Assembly (NCBI GenBank): GCA_038128265.1
Contig: JAYPJE010000039.1
Coordinates: 1-40,284 of the forward strand
Reading direction: 5' to 3'
Length of the DNA stretch: 40,284 nt
Source of the DNA: Gemmatimonadota bacterium
GTDB lineage: Bacteria; Latescibacterota; UBA2968; UBA8231
Positions 31,299 to 40,284 of the stretch are shown here, in pieces. The translations under genes and the position numbers were made by a program. Position 1 is the first letter of the stretch, and every line of letters begins with the position of its first letter. The notes beneath the pieces were generated by a model that saw only the letters and a list, made by a program, of their open reading frames with translations, had not been told where the DNA came from and made no database searches.

Positions 31299-33452
31299 GT
31301 GGATAAGAGCGTTCGGATTATTGCCACAGCACCGCACGGCTGTGCTGACTTATTGGCCGAAGAACTGTGCCGGATGGGCATTTCCGCAACGCGCCAGCGC
31401 TGGGGAGGCGCTGAATTTGAAGGCCCGCTGGAGCAAGCCTACGCGGCATGTCTGTGGTCGCGACTGGCCAACCGCATCCTGCTGCCTCTAGCCGAGTTCG
31501 ATGCGCCGACGCCGGAGGCGCTCTACGCTGGCGCACGCGAAATAGACTGGTCGGCACACATGGATACCGAGTCGACGCTGGCCGTCGATTGTCTGGCGCT
31601 GCGTTCACCCATTACCCACAGCCATTACGCCGCTCTCAAGGTCAAAGACGCCGTCGTAGACCAATTTCGATCCCGCGAAAACAAACGCCCCTCTGTTGAC
31701 GTGCAGCGGCCCGACTTGCGCATCAATGTGCGCCTGAGCGGCGACCGAGCCACCGTCAGCCTCGACCTGTCCGGCGAAAGCCTGCACCGGCGCGGCTACC
31801 GCAGGGACGGCCACGAGGCGCCCCTAAAAGAGAACTTGGCCGCCGCTCTCCTGCTGCGCGCCGGCTGGTTAGAGGTGGCTGCTTCGGGCGGGGCGCTACT
31901 CGATCCGATGTGCGGCTCCGGGACGCTGGTGATTGAGGCGGCGCTGATGGCCGGCGACTGTGCGCCGGGTTTGACGCGCGCCCACTTCGGCTTTTTAGAG
32001 TGGAAGCAGCACCAGCCCGCCATTTGGGATACGCTGCTGTCAGCAGCTCGCCAGCGCCGGCGCGCCGGTCTGCAAACGCTGCCGGAAATCGCGGGCAGCG
32101 ACTCCGATGAACGCGCCGTGCAGCGCGCTCAGACCAACGCCGTGCGCGCACAAATCGACGGTCACGTGCGCTTTCAACAGTGCGACCTCCAATACGCCCG
32201 CGCAATGGGTGGCCACGCCGGGCTGCTGGTAACGAACCCACCCTATGGAGAGCGCCTTGGAGAGGAGCGCGCGCTCAGGGCACTGTACGCCGGCTTAGGC
32301 GAGGTGATGCGAACGCGCTTTGCAGGCTGGAAGGCGGCCGTATTTACCGGTCGGCCCGAATTGGGACGCTACTTAGGACTACGGGCTGTGCTCACCAACA
32401 AGTTTAACAACGGTCCCATCGAGTGCCGCCTGCTGCGCTTTGAATTAGAGGAACGCTACTTTGCTGCTCCGCCCCCAGAGCAGAGCGAAAGGACGCCTTC
32501 CGAAGGCGTCCAGATGCTGGTCAATCGGCTAAAGAAAAACCGCCGCAATCTGGGCCGTTGGGCGCGGCGCGGCGACATTGCCTGCTACAGACTGTACGAT
32601 GCAGACCTGCCGGAGTATGCGCTGGCGATTGACCTATACGGGAGCGACCAGCTGTGGGCCCACGTACAGGAGTACAAGGCCCCTTCCAGCGTAGATGAAC
32701 GACGCGCTAAAGAGCGGCTGGAGGAGGCGCTGGCGGTCTTGCCGGAAGCATTGGAAATCGACCAGGCGCGCGTGCTTTACAAGGTGCGCCAGCGCCAGCG
32801 CGGGCGCGCCCAATACGAAAAGTTCGATGCCGCAGGCGCGTTCCACGAAGTCGGCGAAGGGGCCGGACGCTTTCTGGTCAACTTTACGGACTACTTGGAT
32901 ACCGGTCTCTTTCTCGACCATCGCCCCACGCGGCTCATGCTGGGCCAGCTGGCGCGCGGAAAGCGCTTTCTCAACCTCTTTGCCTATACGGGGGCGGCCA
33001 CCGTGCACGCCGCTCTGGGAGGAGCGGTTGCCACGACTTCGGTCGATATGTCAAAGACCTATATCGACTGGGCACGGCGCAATCTCGAATTGAACGGCTT
33101 GGCGGACCGCCGGCACGAACTAGTTCAAGCCGACTGCTTGGAGTGGGTAAACGGTCAGCGCGGTCAGCGCTACGACCTTATTTTCTTGGATCCACCGACC
33201 TTTTCCAACTCCAAGCGGATGCGCGATCACTTTGACGTGCAGCGCGATCACGTCGACTTGCTGCGCCGGGTCACTTCGCTGCTGAGTGAAGACGGTGTGC
33301 TGATCTTTTCCAACAACTTTCGCCGATTCAAGATGGAGAGCGAGCGCCTGCCCGAACTGTCCATTGAGGATATTACGCCGCAGACCATCGACAAAGACTT
33401 CGAGCGCAATGGGCGCATTCACACGTGTTGGAAAATTGCCCGGAAAGCCTGA
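31299..33452 (+). CDS. rlmKL: Bifunctional 23S rRNA methyltransferase RlmKL
   Basis: CLWSRLANRIL, THUMP region, SLHRRGYR..APLKENLAAA, DPMCGSGT, NPPYGER, NRLKKN, YRLYDADLPEY, DYLDTGLFLDHR, NLFAYTG, DPPTFSNSK. Confidence 0.95.
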   Translation: MDKSVRIIATAPHGCADLLAEELCRMGISATRQRWGGAEFEGPLEQAYAACLWSRLANRILLPLAEFDAPTPEALYAGAREIDWSAHMDTESTLAVDCLALRSPITHSHYAALKVKDAVVDQFRSRENKRPSVDVQRPDLRINVRLSGDRATVSLDLSGESLHRRGYRRDGHEAPLKENLAAALLLRAGWLEVAASGGALLDPMCGSGTLVIEAALMAGDCAPGLTRAHFGFLEWKQHQPAIWDTLLSAARQRRRAGLQTLPEIAGSDSDERAVQRAQTNAVRAQIDGHVRFQQCDLQYARAMGGHAGLLVTNPPYGERLGEERALRALYAGLGEVMRTRFAGWKAAVFTGRPELGRYLGLRAVLTNKFNNGPIECRLLRFELEERYFAAPPPEQSERTPSEGVQMLVNRLKKNRRNLGRWARRGDIACYRLYDADLPEYALAIDLYGSDQLWAHVQEYKAPSSVDERRAKERLEEALAVLPEALEIDQARVLYKVRQRQRGRAQYEKFDAAGAFHEVGEGAGRFLVNFTDYLDTGLFLDHRPTRLMLGQLARGKRFLNLFAYTGAATVHAALGGAVATTSVDMSKTYIDWARRNLELNGLADRRHELVQADCLEWVNGQRGQRYDLIFLDPPTFSNSKRMRDHFDVQRDHVDLLRRVTSLLSEDGVLIFSNNFRRFKMESERLPELSIEDITPQTIDKDFERNGRIHTCWKIARKA

Positions 33453-33455
33453 ACG

Positions 33456-34508
33456 ATGAAGATTCGCGATATCAAAGCCGTTTATCCGCGCTACAACCAT
33501 CCGGCCAAGACGTGGCGCACGCACTTTTGGCAAATCGCCGTGCGTGTCGAAATGGATACGGGCACCGTGGGCTGGGGATATGGTGGCGGCGGCGTGGGCA
33601 GCGTCGAGGTGGTCAACCGCCACTTTCGCGAACTGCTCGTCGATCAGTCGTGCAACAGCGTAGAAGATATTGCGCGCCTGTGGGATATGCTCTACCGCGC
33701 CTGTCTGCCCTACGGGCGCGGCGGCATTGCCATCATGGCCCTTAGCGGTGTCGACCTAGCGCTGTGGGATGCCTTGGCCAAGGCCGAAGGCCAGCGCGTG
33801 TGCGATCTGCTGGGGGGCGTGCAGCGCGATCGGGTGCGCGCTTACGCTACTGGCCAAGACCCCGAACGCTACCGCGACGCGGGTTTCGTCGCGCACAAGT
33901 CAACCCAGCTGCGCAGCGGCGCGCGCGCCGAAGACCTAGAGGAACTGCTGCGTTGGGCCGAAAGGGCGCGCGGTCTTTTTGGTCCGCAGGCCCTGCTTAT
34001 GATTGACGCCTATATGTCGTGGCAGGCCGACTATGCTGAAGAGGTAGCGCGCGCCGTAGCCCCATATGATCTGTACTGGATAGAGGACGTGCTGCAGCCC
34101 GACGACCTGGAGGGCGCCGCGGCGCTGCGCGCAGCGGTGCAGCCGCTCAAGCTGGTCGGCGGCGAGCACGAGTTTACCTCGCATGCGTTCAAACACATTG
34201 CGCGTGCCCGTGCGCTGGATATGTGGCAGCCGGATATCACCTGGTGCGGTGGCCTGACGGAGGTGCTGCGCATTGCCGAGCTCGCGCGGGCCGAAGACAT
34301 TCCCCTCTGCCCTCATCGCGGCGGCGAGGTTTGGGGTGCCCACTTTCTGGCGGCCGGCTACGGCGAAGATCTGGCCGAGTGCCACATGGGCAATTTCGCC
34401 GTCAAGCAGCATGGACTGTGGCTGGGCGAACCCCAACCCGTTGATGGCTGTATTGAGCTGGGGGACGGACTGGGGTTTGGCGTGGAGATCAACGAGGCCA
34501 TGCTCTGA
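33456..34508 (+). CDS. Mandelate racemase/enolase-superfamily acid-sugar dehydratase (L-rhamnonate dehydratase-like)
   Basis: ALSGVDLALWD, RAYATG, MIDAYMSW, WIEDVL, GGEHE, QPDITWCGGLTE. Confidence 0.85.
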   Translation: MKIRDIKAVYPRYNHPAKTWRTHFWQIAVRVEMDTGTVGWGYGGGGVGSVEVVNRHFRELLVDQSCNSVEDIARLWDMLYRACLPYGRGGIAIMALSGVDLALWDALAKAEGQRVCDLLGGVQRDRVRAYATGQDPERYRDAGFVAHKSTQLRSGARAEDLEELLRWAERARGLFGPQALLMIDAYMSWQADYAEEVARAVAPYDLYWIEDVLQPDDLEGAAALRAAVQPLKLVGGEHEFTSHAFKHIARARALDMWQPDITWCGGLTEVLRIAELARAEDIPLCPHRGGEVWGAHFLAAGYGEDLAECHMGNFAVKQHGLWLGEPQPVDGCIELGDGLGFGVEINEAML

Positions 34509-34514
34509 GCGCGC

Positions 34515-35561
34515 TCAGTGCTTGCTGTGCCCCTGACGCGCTCCATAGCGCACGTGGAACGCGTCTTCTCCCACTTGGTCTACCGCGCGCAGTGCGCGCA
34601 GCACGATGTCGCGCTCTTGGGCTGATACAACGCCAAATCCGTGGCGCCGGTTGCGGTACTTGGTCGTCCGCTCGGCGGCAAACGATGCGTGGCGCTCAAG
34701 CCGCGCCGCAATGTAGGCGTTGGCCTGTTCGACCAGTAAGGCAGAGCGCTCGGCCACCGTTGCGCGCAGGCTAGTATCGAGCTCAAACCCGGCGCTGTGG
34801 CGCTCGGAGGCCATGGCTGCTAGCATCGTCGTTCCCGTCCCGAGAAAAGGGTCGAGCACTACATCGCCTTTGAGAGAAAACATATTGACCAGCCGATAAG
34901 CCAGCTCAAACGGGTAGGCGGCACTGCGGCTGCGCGCCGCGCCCTGCCCCAACCCTTGGCCCATGCCCATCAGATCGGTCCATATATCTGAGTACCAAAC
35001 GTTACGCTCTTCCCAAAAAAGGGCGCTTTCTCTTCGCTTCTTCTTTGCCGCTTCGTTGGCAAACGTGCGCTTATCACCCTTGCGGGCGATCAGGATATAC
35101 TCGTGTTCAAGGGTGACGTAGGCCCCGACCGGCAGCACGCCCGAGCCCATAAACTTGTTGGGCGCATTGGTGGGTTTGCGCCACAGGATGTCGGGCAGCG
35201 CGGCAAAGCCGCGCTTGCGCAGGTGCTGTAAAATGCGCGCGTGGTTTGGGTAGAGACAGAACCGTCCCCCGAGCGTGCGCGTGGCGTCGCCGATATTGAT
35301 GCACATGAGGCCACCTTCTTTCAGCGTGCGATGACACTCGTCCCAGACGGCGTCGAGGCGGCGATGCATCAGTTCAAAAGCACGCTCTCCGTCGGCTGCG
35401 TCCAGCGCAGTGCGCACGGCGCGGCTGGCGCTGCCAAACAGCTCGTCCCACATGGCGATCATCGGGTAAGGCGGCGAAGTGACAACGAGGTCGACGCTGC
35501 CGTCAGCCAGTGCGTGCATGTGCCGAGCGTCGGCAAAAAAGAGGCGATGTTGCGTTTTCAT
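34515..35561 (-). CDS. Orphan beta-class N4-cytosine/N6-adenine DNA methyltransferase (MthZI/Zim-like)
   Basis: Motif IV TSPPY precedes motif I DPFLGTG. Family-type strings INIGDATR, KFMGSG, LEHEYIL, FWEERN, AAYPFELAYRL. Confidence 0.9.
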   Translation of the reverse strand: MKTQHRLFFADARHMHALADGSVDLVVTSPPYPMIAMWDELFGSASRAVRTALDAADGERAFELMHRRLDAVWDECHRTLKEGGLMCINIGDATRTLGGRFCLYPNHARILQHLRKRGFAALPDILWRKPTNAPNKFMGSGVLPVGAYVTLEHEYILIARKGDKRTFANEAAKKKRRESALFWEERNVWYSDIWTDLMGMGQGLGQGAARSRSAAYPFELAYRLVNMFSLKGDVVLDPFLGTGTTMLAAMASERHSAGFELDTSLRATVAERSALLVEQANAYIAARLERHASFAAERTTKYRNRRHGFGVVSAQERDIVLRALRAVDQVGEDAFHVRYGARQGHSKH

Positions 35562-35646
35562 GGTCTTGTGGTGAGCGGCGAAACCTACCTTCTTATGGGA
35601 CGAAGGTCAAGGGCTCGCGATGGGTCCATAGCAGACAGAGAGCAAT

Positions 35647-36765
35647 ATGAGCGACAATAAACTCCGCGTAGCTGTAGTCGGCGGCGCCGGTATGTGGGGC
35701 CGCCACTACCTGCGCACCTTTGCCCAGCGGGACGATTGCAGCGTCGTGCTGGTCGACACGTCCGATCGGGCGCATGCCTTTGCCAGCCACTTTGGCGTGG
35801 AAGAGGTGCTGAGCGACTTGGGTGAGTTGCTCAAGCGGGAAACGCCGGATATCGTCGCCAATATCCTGCCCGTGCGCCTCAGCCACGACGCAGTCATCGC
35901 CTGTGCTGAAGCCGGCGTCAAGGCGGTTTCCTGCGAAAAGCCCATGGCCGTCGAATTGAGCATGGCCGATGAGATGGTGCGCGTCTGCCAGGAGCGCGGG
36001 ACGGCCTTTGGCTGCGCTACGGCCTATTGGGAGGTGCCCTTTTTGCAGGAGTGTGCGCAGTGGCTGCGCGCGGGGAATATCGGTGCACTTACGGCGGCTG
36101 CCATTCCCGGTGGTTTGCCGCGCGAAGTCAGCGGGGCCGGCTGCGTGCAGCTGACGCAGATGCGCCTGGTTACGGGTATGGAAGTGGAGTGGGTCGAGGG
36201 ATGGACCCTGCCACCGGAGCCGGGCTGGACGCTGCCCGAAGGGGCCGAAGAGCACGAGATAGACTGCCCGGCCTATGGTCGCTTGGGGCTGTCGGGTGGC
36301 ATTGTATGCGAAATACCAGCGCCGCGCGAAGAGGGGACGGTGCGCTGTCGCGTATGGGTTGAAGGGGAGGAGGGCCAAGCCTGGTTTAACGGACCGCAGC
36401 CGGTGCTTATACAGGGGAAAGGGGCAGAGTCCACGCCGGTCTATCCCGAGTTTATGCAGCAAGAGTGGCAACGCGCGTTTCCCTATGTGTGCGAGCGCTT
36501 GGTGCGCGCCGCCCAGCGCGGCGACGGTCGGATTGAGTGCAGCGGTCACGACTATCGCCAAGCGCTGGAGATCGCCATGGCACTGAAACTGTCGGCGCGC
36601 AACGACCACGAGCGCGTGCACCTGCCGCTACAGGACCGCTCGCTGAAAATCTACCCACACGACTATCGCCTGCGCGGCGGTGACGTGGCCGGCTGGGGGA
36701 GCATTGGTTACGACGGTCCACCTCAGCTGGAGGGTCGTCCTACGCTGAACCGGCCGACGCGCTGA
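35647..36765 (+). CDS. Gfo/Idh/MocA family oxidoreductase
   Basis: LRVAVVGGAGMWG Rossmann start and CEKPMA motif. Confidence 0.9.
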   Translation: MSDNKLRVAVVGGAGMWGRHYLRTFAQRDDCSVVLVDTSDRAHAFASHFGVEEVLSDLGELLKRETPDIVANILPVRLSHDAVIACAEAGVKAVSCEKPMAVELSMADEMVRVCQERGTAFGCATAYWEVPFLQECAQWLRAGNIGALTAAAIPGGLPREVSGAGCVQLTQMRLVTGMEVEWVEGWTLPPEPGWTLPEGAEEHEIDCPAYGRLGLSGGIVCEIPAPREEGTVRCRVWVEGEEGQAWFNGPQPVLIQGKGAESTPVYPEFMQQEWQRAFPYVCERLVRAAQRGDGRIECSGHDYRQALEIAMALKLSARNDHERVHLPLQDRSLKIYPHDYRLRGGDVAGWGSIGYDGPPQLEGRPTLNRPTR

Positions 36766-36778
36766 GCCTCTGTCGCGG

Positions 36779-37183
36779 GTGGAGAGCGAACGCCATACGT
36801 ACGGCCCGCGCTGGCAGCGTCTGCTCTTTTTTTGTCTGGGCTCGTTCTTTGTCGCGCTGGGCGCGCTGGGCGTGCTGCTGCCGCTGTTACCGACAACGCC
36901 GTTTTTGCTGCTGGCCGCGGCCTGTTATGCGCGATCGTCTAAGCGCTTTTACGACTGGCTGTTGGGCAATCGGATTTTTGGGCCGACCATTCGCCAGTGG
37001 CAGGAGAACCGCAGCGTTGCTCTGCGCACGAAAGTCGTCGCTATTGCTTTGCTCGTGGTGACGCTTGGCTCGTCGGTGATATTTTTTGTGCCGCTGTGGC
37101 CGGTGAAAATCCTGCTCGTCGGCGTCGGCGTCTGGGTCGTGCGCTTTTTGCTGCGTCTGCCGACGACGCCTTCGGTCCGATGA
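36779..37183 (+). CDS. YbaN/DUF454 family inner-membrane protein
   Basis: LGVLLPLLPTTPFLLLAAACYARSSKRFYDWLL..FGPTIRQW. Confidence 0.92.
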   Translation: MESERHTYGPRWQRLLFFCLGSFFVALGALGVLLPLLPTTPFLLLAAACYARSSKRFYDWLLGNRIFGPTIRQWQENRSVALRTKVVAIALLVVTLGSSVIFFVPLWPVKILLVGVGVWVVRFLLRLPTTPSVR

Positions 37184-37323
37184 GACCCCAGCGCATACGA
37201 GAAACGCGTTATCAGGTCAGGGCGTCGTGCGCCCCCTCTGGGCAGATGCGACGTGCGGGACAGCGCGCTAGTTATTAGGAGCAGGCGCGCCGGAAGAAAC
37301 GGCAGGTTAGGAGAAAGAACGCC

Positions 37324-38349
37324 ATGGATACGAATCGACCCATAATCGGTATGACTGTTGGAGATCCGGCCGGCATTGGTCCGGAAATTACCGTCAAATG
37401 CCTGCGCCGAGAAGGCGTCTACGAGCGGGTACGGCCGGTGGTCTACGCCGACGGTGCGGTGCTCGAGCAAACGCTGCAAACGCTCGGTGTAGACCTGCAG
37501 CTAAATGCGATCGGAGATCCCTCCGAGGGGCGCTATGAATCGGGCTGTATCGACTACATCGACTGCGGCGTGCTCGACGGTCCAATCGAGTACGGTCGGA
37601 TATCCGCATCGGGCGGGCAGGCCGGCTATACCTATTTGGAGCGGGCGATTGATGATGCCCTTTCCGGCGCAGTGGTAGGGCTGTGCACGGCACCGCTCAA
37701 CAAGGAGTCGCTGCAGGCGGCAAAAGTGCCATTTATAGATCACACGGCCGTGCTCAAAGCGCGCGCCGCACACCACGACCCAATGACGCTCTTTATGGTG
37801 CGCACGCTGCGCATCTTTTTTCTCACGCGCCACATTTCTTTCCGCCAGATCCCCGACGCCATTACGCGCGAAGGTATTCTCGAGGCACTGCCTTTTTGCG
37901 ACCTATATTTGCGTCAGCTCGGCATTGAAGCGCCGTCGGTGGCCGTCGCCGCGCTCAACCCGCACGGCGGCGAGCAGGGCCTGTTCGGCACAGACGAAAT
38001 GGATGTGATTGGCCCAGCGACGCAGGAAGCCATTGATAGGGGCTGGCGCGTGCGCGGCCCGGTGCCGGCAGATTCCGTTTTTAACCAGTGCTACGAAGGG
38101 CGCTACGATGGGGTGCTGTCGCTCTATCACGACCAGGGGCATATTGCTGCCAAGACGCTGGACTTTCACGGCACGGTGAGCCTGACGATGGGGCTGAAAT
38201 TTCTGCGCACGTCGGTAGATCACGGCACGGCTTTCGACATTGCTGGCAAGGGCATGGCCGACGCACGTGGCATGGTCGAGGCGCTAGGAGCGGCCGGACA
38301 GTATGCCGCATCGGTGCGCGCGAGCATAGATCTGGCACCGGTGCATTAG
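37324..38349 (+). CDS. pdxA: PdxA-family dehydrogenase (4-hydroxythreonine-4-phosphate or PdxA2-type)
   Basis: TVGDPAGIGPEI, TAPLNKE, ALNPHGGE.GLFG, GPVPADSVF, YHDQGHI, RTSVDHGTAFDIAG. Confidence 0.92.
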   Translation: MDTNRPIIGMTVGDPAGIGPEITVKCLRREGVYERVRPVVYADGAVLEQTLQTLGVDLQLNAIGDPSEGRYESGCIDYIDCGVLDGPIEYGRISASGGQAGYTYLERAIDDALSGAVVGLCTAPLNKESLQAAKVPFIDHTAVLKARAAHHDPMTLFMVRTLRIFFLTRHISFRQIPDAITREGILEALPFCDLYLRQLGIEAPSVAVAALNPHGGEQGLFGTDEMDVIGPATQEAIDRGWRVRGPVPADSVFNQCYEGRYDGVLSLYHDQGHIAAKTLDFHGTVSLTMGLKFLRTSVDHGTAFDIAGKGMADARGMVEALGAAGQYAASVRASIDLAPVH

Positions 38350-38365
38350 AAGGAAACGCGGGGTT

Positions 38366-39037
38366 ATGGACCTGTCCCTAGAGCGCGTGCCGGAAGATCG
38401 GGCCGAGGCCGTTCTGGAGCAGGTGCTGCAATTTCGCCAATCGTACGACTGCTACGAAAAGCCGGACGACGTCAATGCGCTGATGGGACTTTTTCCAAGC
38501 GTGCACATACGCTCTGGCTACCAACTGGACTACGACTGGGTATATCACGGCGATGTAATAAAGCGCCTGCGCCCCTATGCCCGTCCGCTCGACGGCCAAT
38601 CACCCCTGCTGGCCGAGCCCATATCGCCAGAAGGCGAAGAGCGCAGCGACCAGGCTGTGGAGACGCTCTACCAGTATCTGCACTACGATCCCACGCCCGA
38701 GGGTCTCTTTGAATATGCGTTCTTCGTGCAGGAACTATGGGCGACCCGGGCTAGCTGGCACGACGCCGAATGGCTGGCCACCGCGCCAATTTTTACCCGC
38801 ACCCGCTTTGAGCAAACGCTACAGACCGCACAGAAGGTGGTCGATCTACAGGAGCCCGAATCGTTTGCCGCAGAAGCGGTATGCGACGAAACGGGCGGCC
38901 GCGTGCGCTTTCTCGTCCACACGCCAATGGGCTGGGATCGCATCTACTGGTTGGAAATCGACGTCGAGGCAGACGGTCGTCCGGACGTGCGCGCCGGCGA
39001 TATCGTTGCCGACTTTGGTCAGGGGGAAACGTTCTGA
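38366..39037 (+). CDS. Hypothetical protein (223 aa, acidic)
   Basis: ATG with AAGGA RBS 16 nt after pdxA and protein-like composition. No family recognised. Confidence 0.75.
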   Translation: MDLSLERVPEDRAEAVLEQVLQFRQSYDCYEKPDDVNALMGLFPSVHIRSGYQLDYDWVYHGDVIKRLRPYARPLDGQSPLLAEPISPEGEERSDQAVETLYQYLHYDPTPEGLFEYAFFVQELWATRASWHDAEWLATAPIFTRTRFEQTLQTAQKVVDLQEPESFAAEAVCDETGGRVRFLVHTPMGWDRIYWLEIDVEADGRPDVRAGDIVADFGQGETF

Positions 39038-39054
39038 GCGTCACCGATTAAGAG

Positions 39055-40284
39055 CTACTGCACCGACGGGCGCTTCTTCTCCCACGCATCGGCTTCTCGA
39101 TCCCGCCCTTGTGCGCGCAGTAGCGCGAGAAATGAATCATACGCGGTCTTATTTTCTAGTCCTTTGGCGAATGCCAAGGCAATGGTCTCCGTTGCGGCTT
39201 CTACATTGCCGCGCGCATATAGCAGATCGCCAATCGCGTAGAGCAGATGGGGATTGTTCGGGGCTAGGTCTGCCGCGCGCATGTAGGTAGTATGTGCTTC
39301 TTCCAAGCGTCCGAGCTGCCTTAGGGCGCTGCCCATATTAGCCAACAGCTCCATCGAGTTGGGCTGGATTTGGTAGGATGCCTCATACGCGCCAAGGGCG
39401 TTTTCTACATCCCCTAAGCGCATGTAGAGGTTGCCGATCTTAAAGTGAATCTCTGCACGGTGGTGCTGTGCGCTTCCACTGTAGTGGTGCAGACCCGTTT
39501 GATATGTCGAGAGAGCAGAGTCCAGCAGGCCGCGCTGTGTGTAAACGTGGCCTAAGGAGAACAATACTTGGGCATCCAATGTGTCGTCCAGACTTTTTTG
39601 GTATGCTTCGGTCGCGCCAAGTAAGCTCTCTTGGGCGTCTTTTAAGCGCTCCGTCAGAGCAAGTGCTTCGGAGTAGCGCACGTGCGCATCGCCTAACACT
39701 CTCAAAATACCCATGCGCTCCGGCTGAATTACAAGGGCATTCTCGCAAGCGAATATGGCCTGTTGGATATCGCCTAGCTGGAGCAGGCTAAGACACATAT
39801 TTTTTAAAAAGTTGGCGCTCAGATCACTTGCAATGGGATGCATCTTGGCCTTTTCGCCCAATTGTATGATGGCCTGCTTTCGTAGCATTGGGTTAGGCGA
39901 GATGCTTTGCAGGGTAAGCTGGTAGAGTTCAAAGCGATGGATTTCTGGATGTTGTGCACGTGCTTTTTCCAGTATGGCTTGTAGATCGCGTACGCTAGCC
40001 GTTAGCGCGACCGCTTGTATATAGCGTGAGTAGGTTTCTGCCAGTGGCAGCACATCGGGGCTTTGTTCTATTGCACGACGCAACTGCTGTGCACCGCGGT
40101 CGAAGTCGCCATCGGCAATGTATCCGCGTCCGGAAGAATAAAGGGAAATGGCCTCTACTTTTTTCAAGTAGACATAACTGCTTATGCTAATTCCCACGAC
40201 AACGGCGATTCCTATATAGCGCTGGCGCCCGATTATTGACAGCAGGACAGCAGCCAGTAGCATGGATGCGCCGGCATTGGCCAC
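39055..40284 (-). CDS. TPR-repeat protein with upstream transmembrane segments (5'-partial)
   Basis: Several TPR units, such as IHFKIGNLYMRLGDVENALGAYEASYQIQP and LLANMGSALRQLGRLEEA. Hydrophobic helices at the window edge, and the frame runs off the end. Confidence 0.85.
   Translation of the reverse strand: MANAGASMLLAAVLLSIIGRQRYIGIAVVVGISISSYVYLKKVEAISLYSSGRGYIADGDFDRGAQQLRRAIEQSPDVLPLAETYSRYIQAVALTASVRDLQAILEKARAQHPEIHRFELYQLTLQSISPNPMLRKQAIIQLGEKAKMHPIASDLSANFLKNMCLSLLQLGDIQQAIFACENALVIQPERMGILRVLGDAHVRYSEALALTERLKDAQESLLGATEAYQKSLDDTLDAQVLFSLGHVYTQRGLLDSALSTYQTGLHHYSGSAQHHRAEIHFKIGNLYMRLGDVENALGAYEASYQIQPNSMELLANMGSALRQLGRLEEAHTTYMRAADLAPNNPHLLYAIGDLLYARGNVEAATETIALAFAKGLENKTAYDSFLALLRAQGRDREADAWEKKRPSVQ

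Noticed and set aside
31298..31306. Perfect DnaA box TGTGGATAA over the rlmKL start codon
   Set aside because: A single 9-mer explained by the GTG-GAT-AAG codons, plausible by chance in 40 kb.
35593..36621. 342-aa minus-strand ORF as a restriction partner of the MTase
   Set aside because: It is fully antisense to the Gfo/Idh/MocA gene and has no nuclease motifs, so it is a GC-rich shadow ORF.
22289..40284. Genomic island integrated at tRNA-Gln
   Set aside because: No integrase or transposase, no duplicated tRNA 3' end seen, and composition resembles gyrA.

Overview
Chromosomal replication-origin region of a GC-rich bacterium. A poorly studied FCB-associated lineage such as Latescibacterota is my low-confidence guess from gene content. 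Left arm: sdhA(partial)-sdhB on the plus strand, then a minus-strand block rpmH-rnpA-yidD-yidC-mnmE-rsmG, CDP-alcohol phosphotransferase-tmk-S41 protease, RNase G/E, rplU-rpmA. Centre: dnaA-[oriC]-dnaN-recF-dciA(DUF721)-gyrB-gyrA and three tRNAs (Ser-TGA, Ser-GCT, Gln-CTG). Right arm: a carbohydrate-type ABC transporter with no ATPase gene, sulfatase, sthA, a divergent XRE-PAS / receiver-AraC regulator pair, rlmKL, an enolase-family dehydratase, an orphan beta-class DNA methyltransferase, Gfo/Idh/MocA, YbaN, PdxA, a hypothetical protein and a partial TPR protein. I found no mobile element, prophage or CRISPR array. Best leads: (1) an orphan MthZI/Zim-like, putatively CTAG-specific methyltransferase together with three CTAG sites clustered in the predicted oriC unwinding element; (2) a non-canonical tRNA-Ser(TGA) that may fold 8/4; (3) gyrase with divergent QRDR and PLRGK motifs; (4) an N-terminally shortened RnpA; (5) a long structured leader before RNase G/E; (6) an attenuator-like leader before rlmKL; (7) a second DnaA-box cluster and a parS pair where mnmG and parAB are missing from their usual positions. 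All family assignments come from motif recognition, not database searches.
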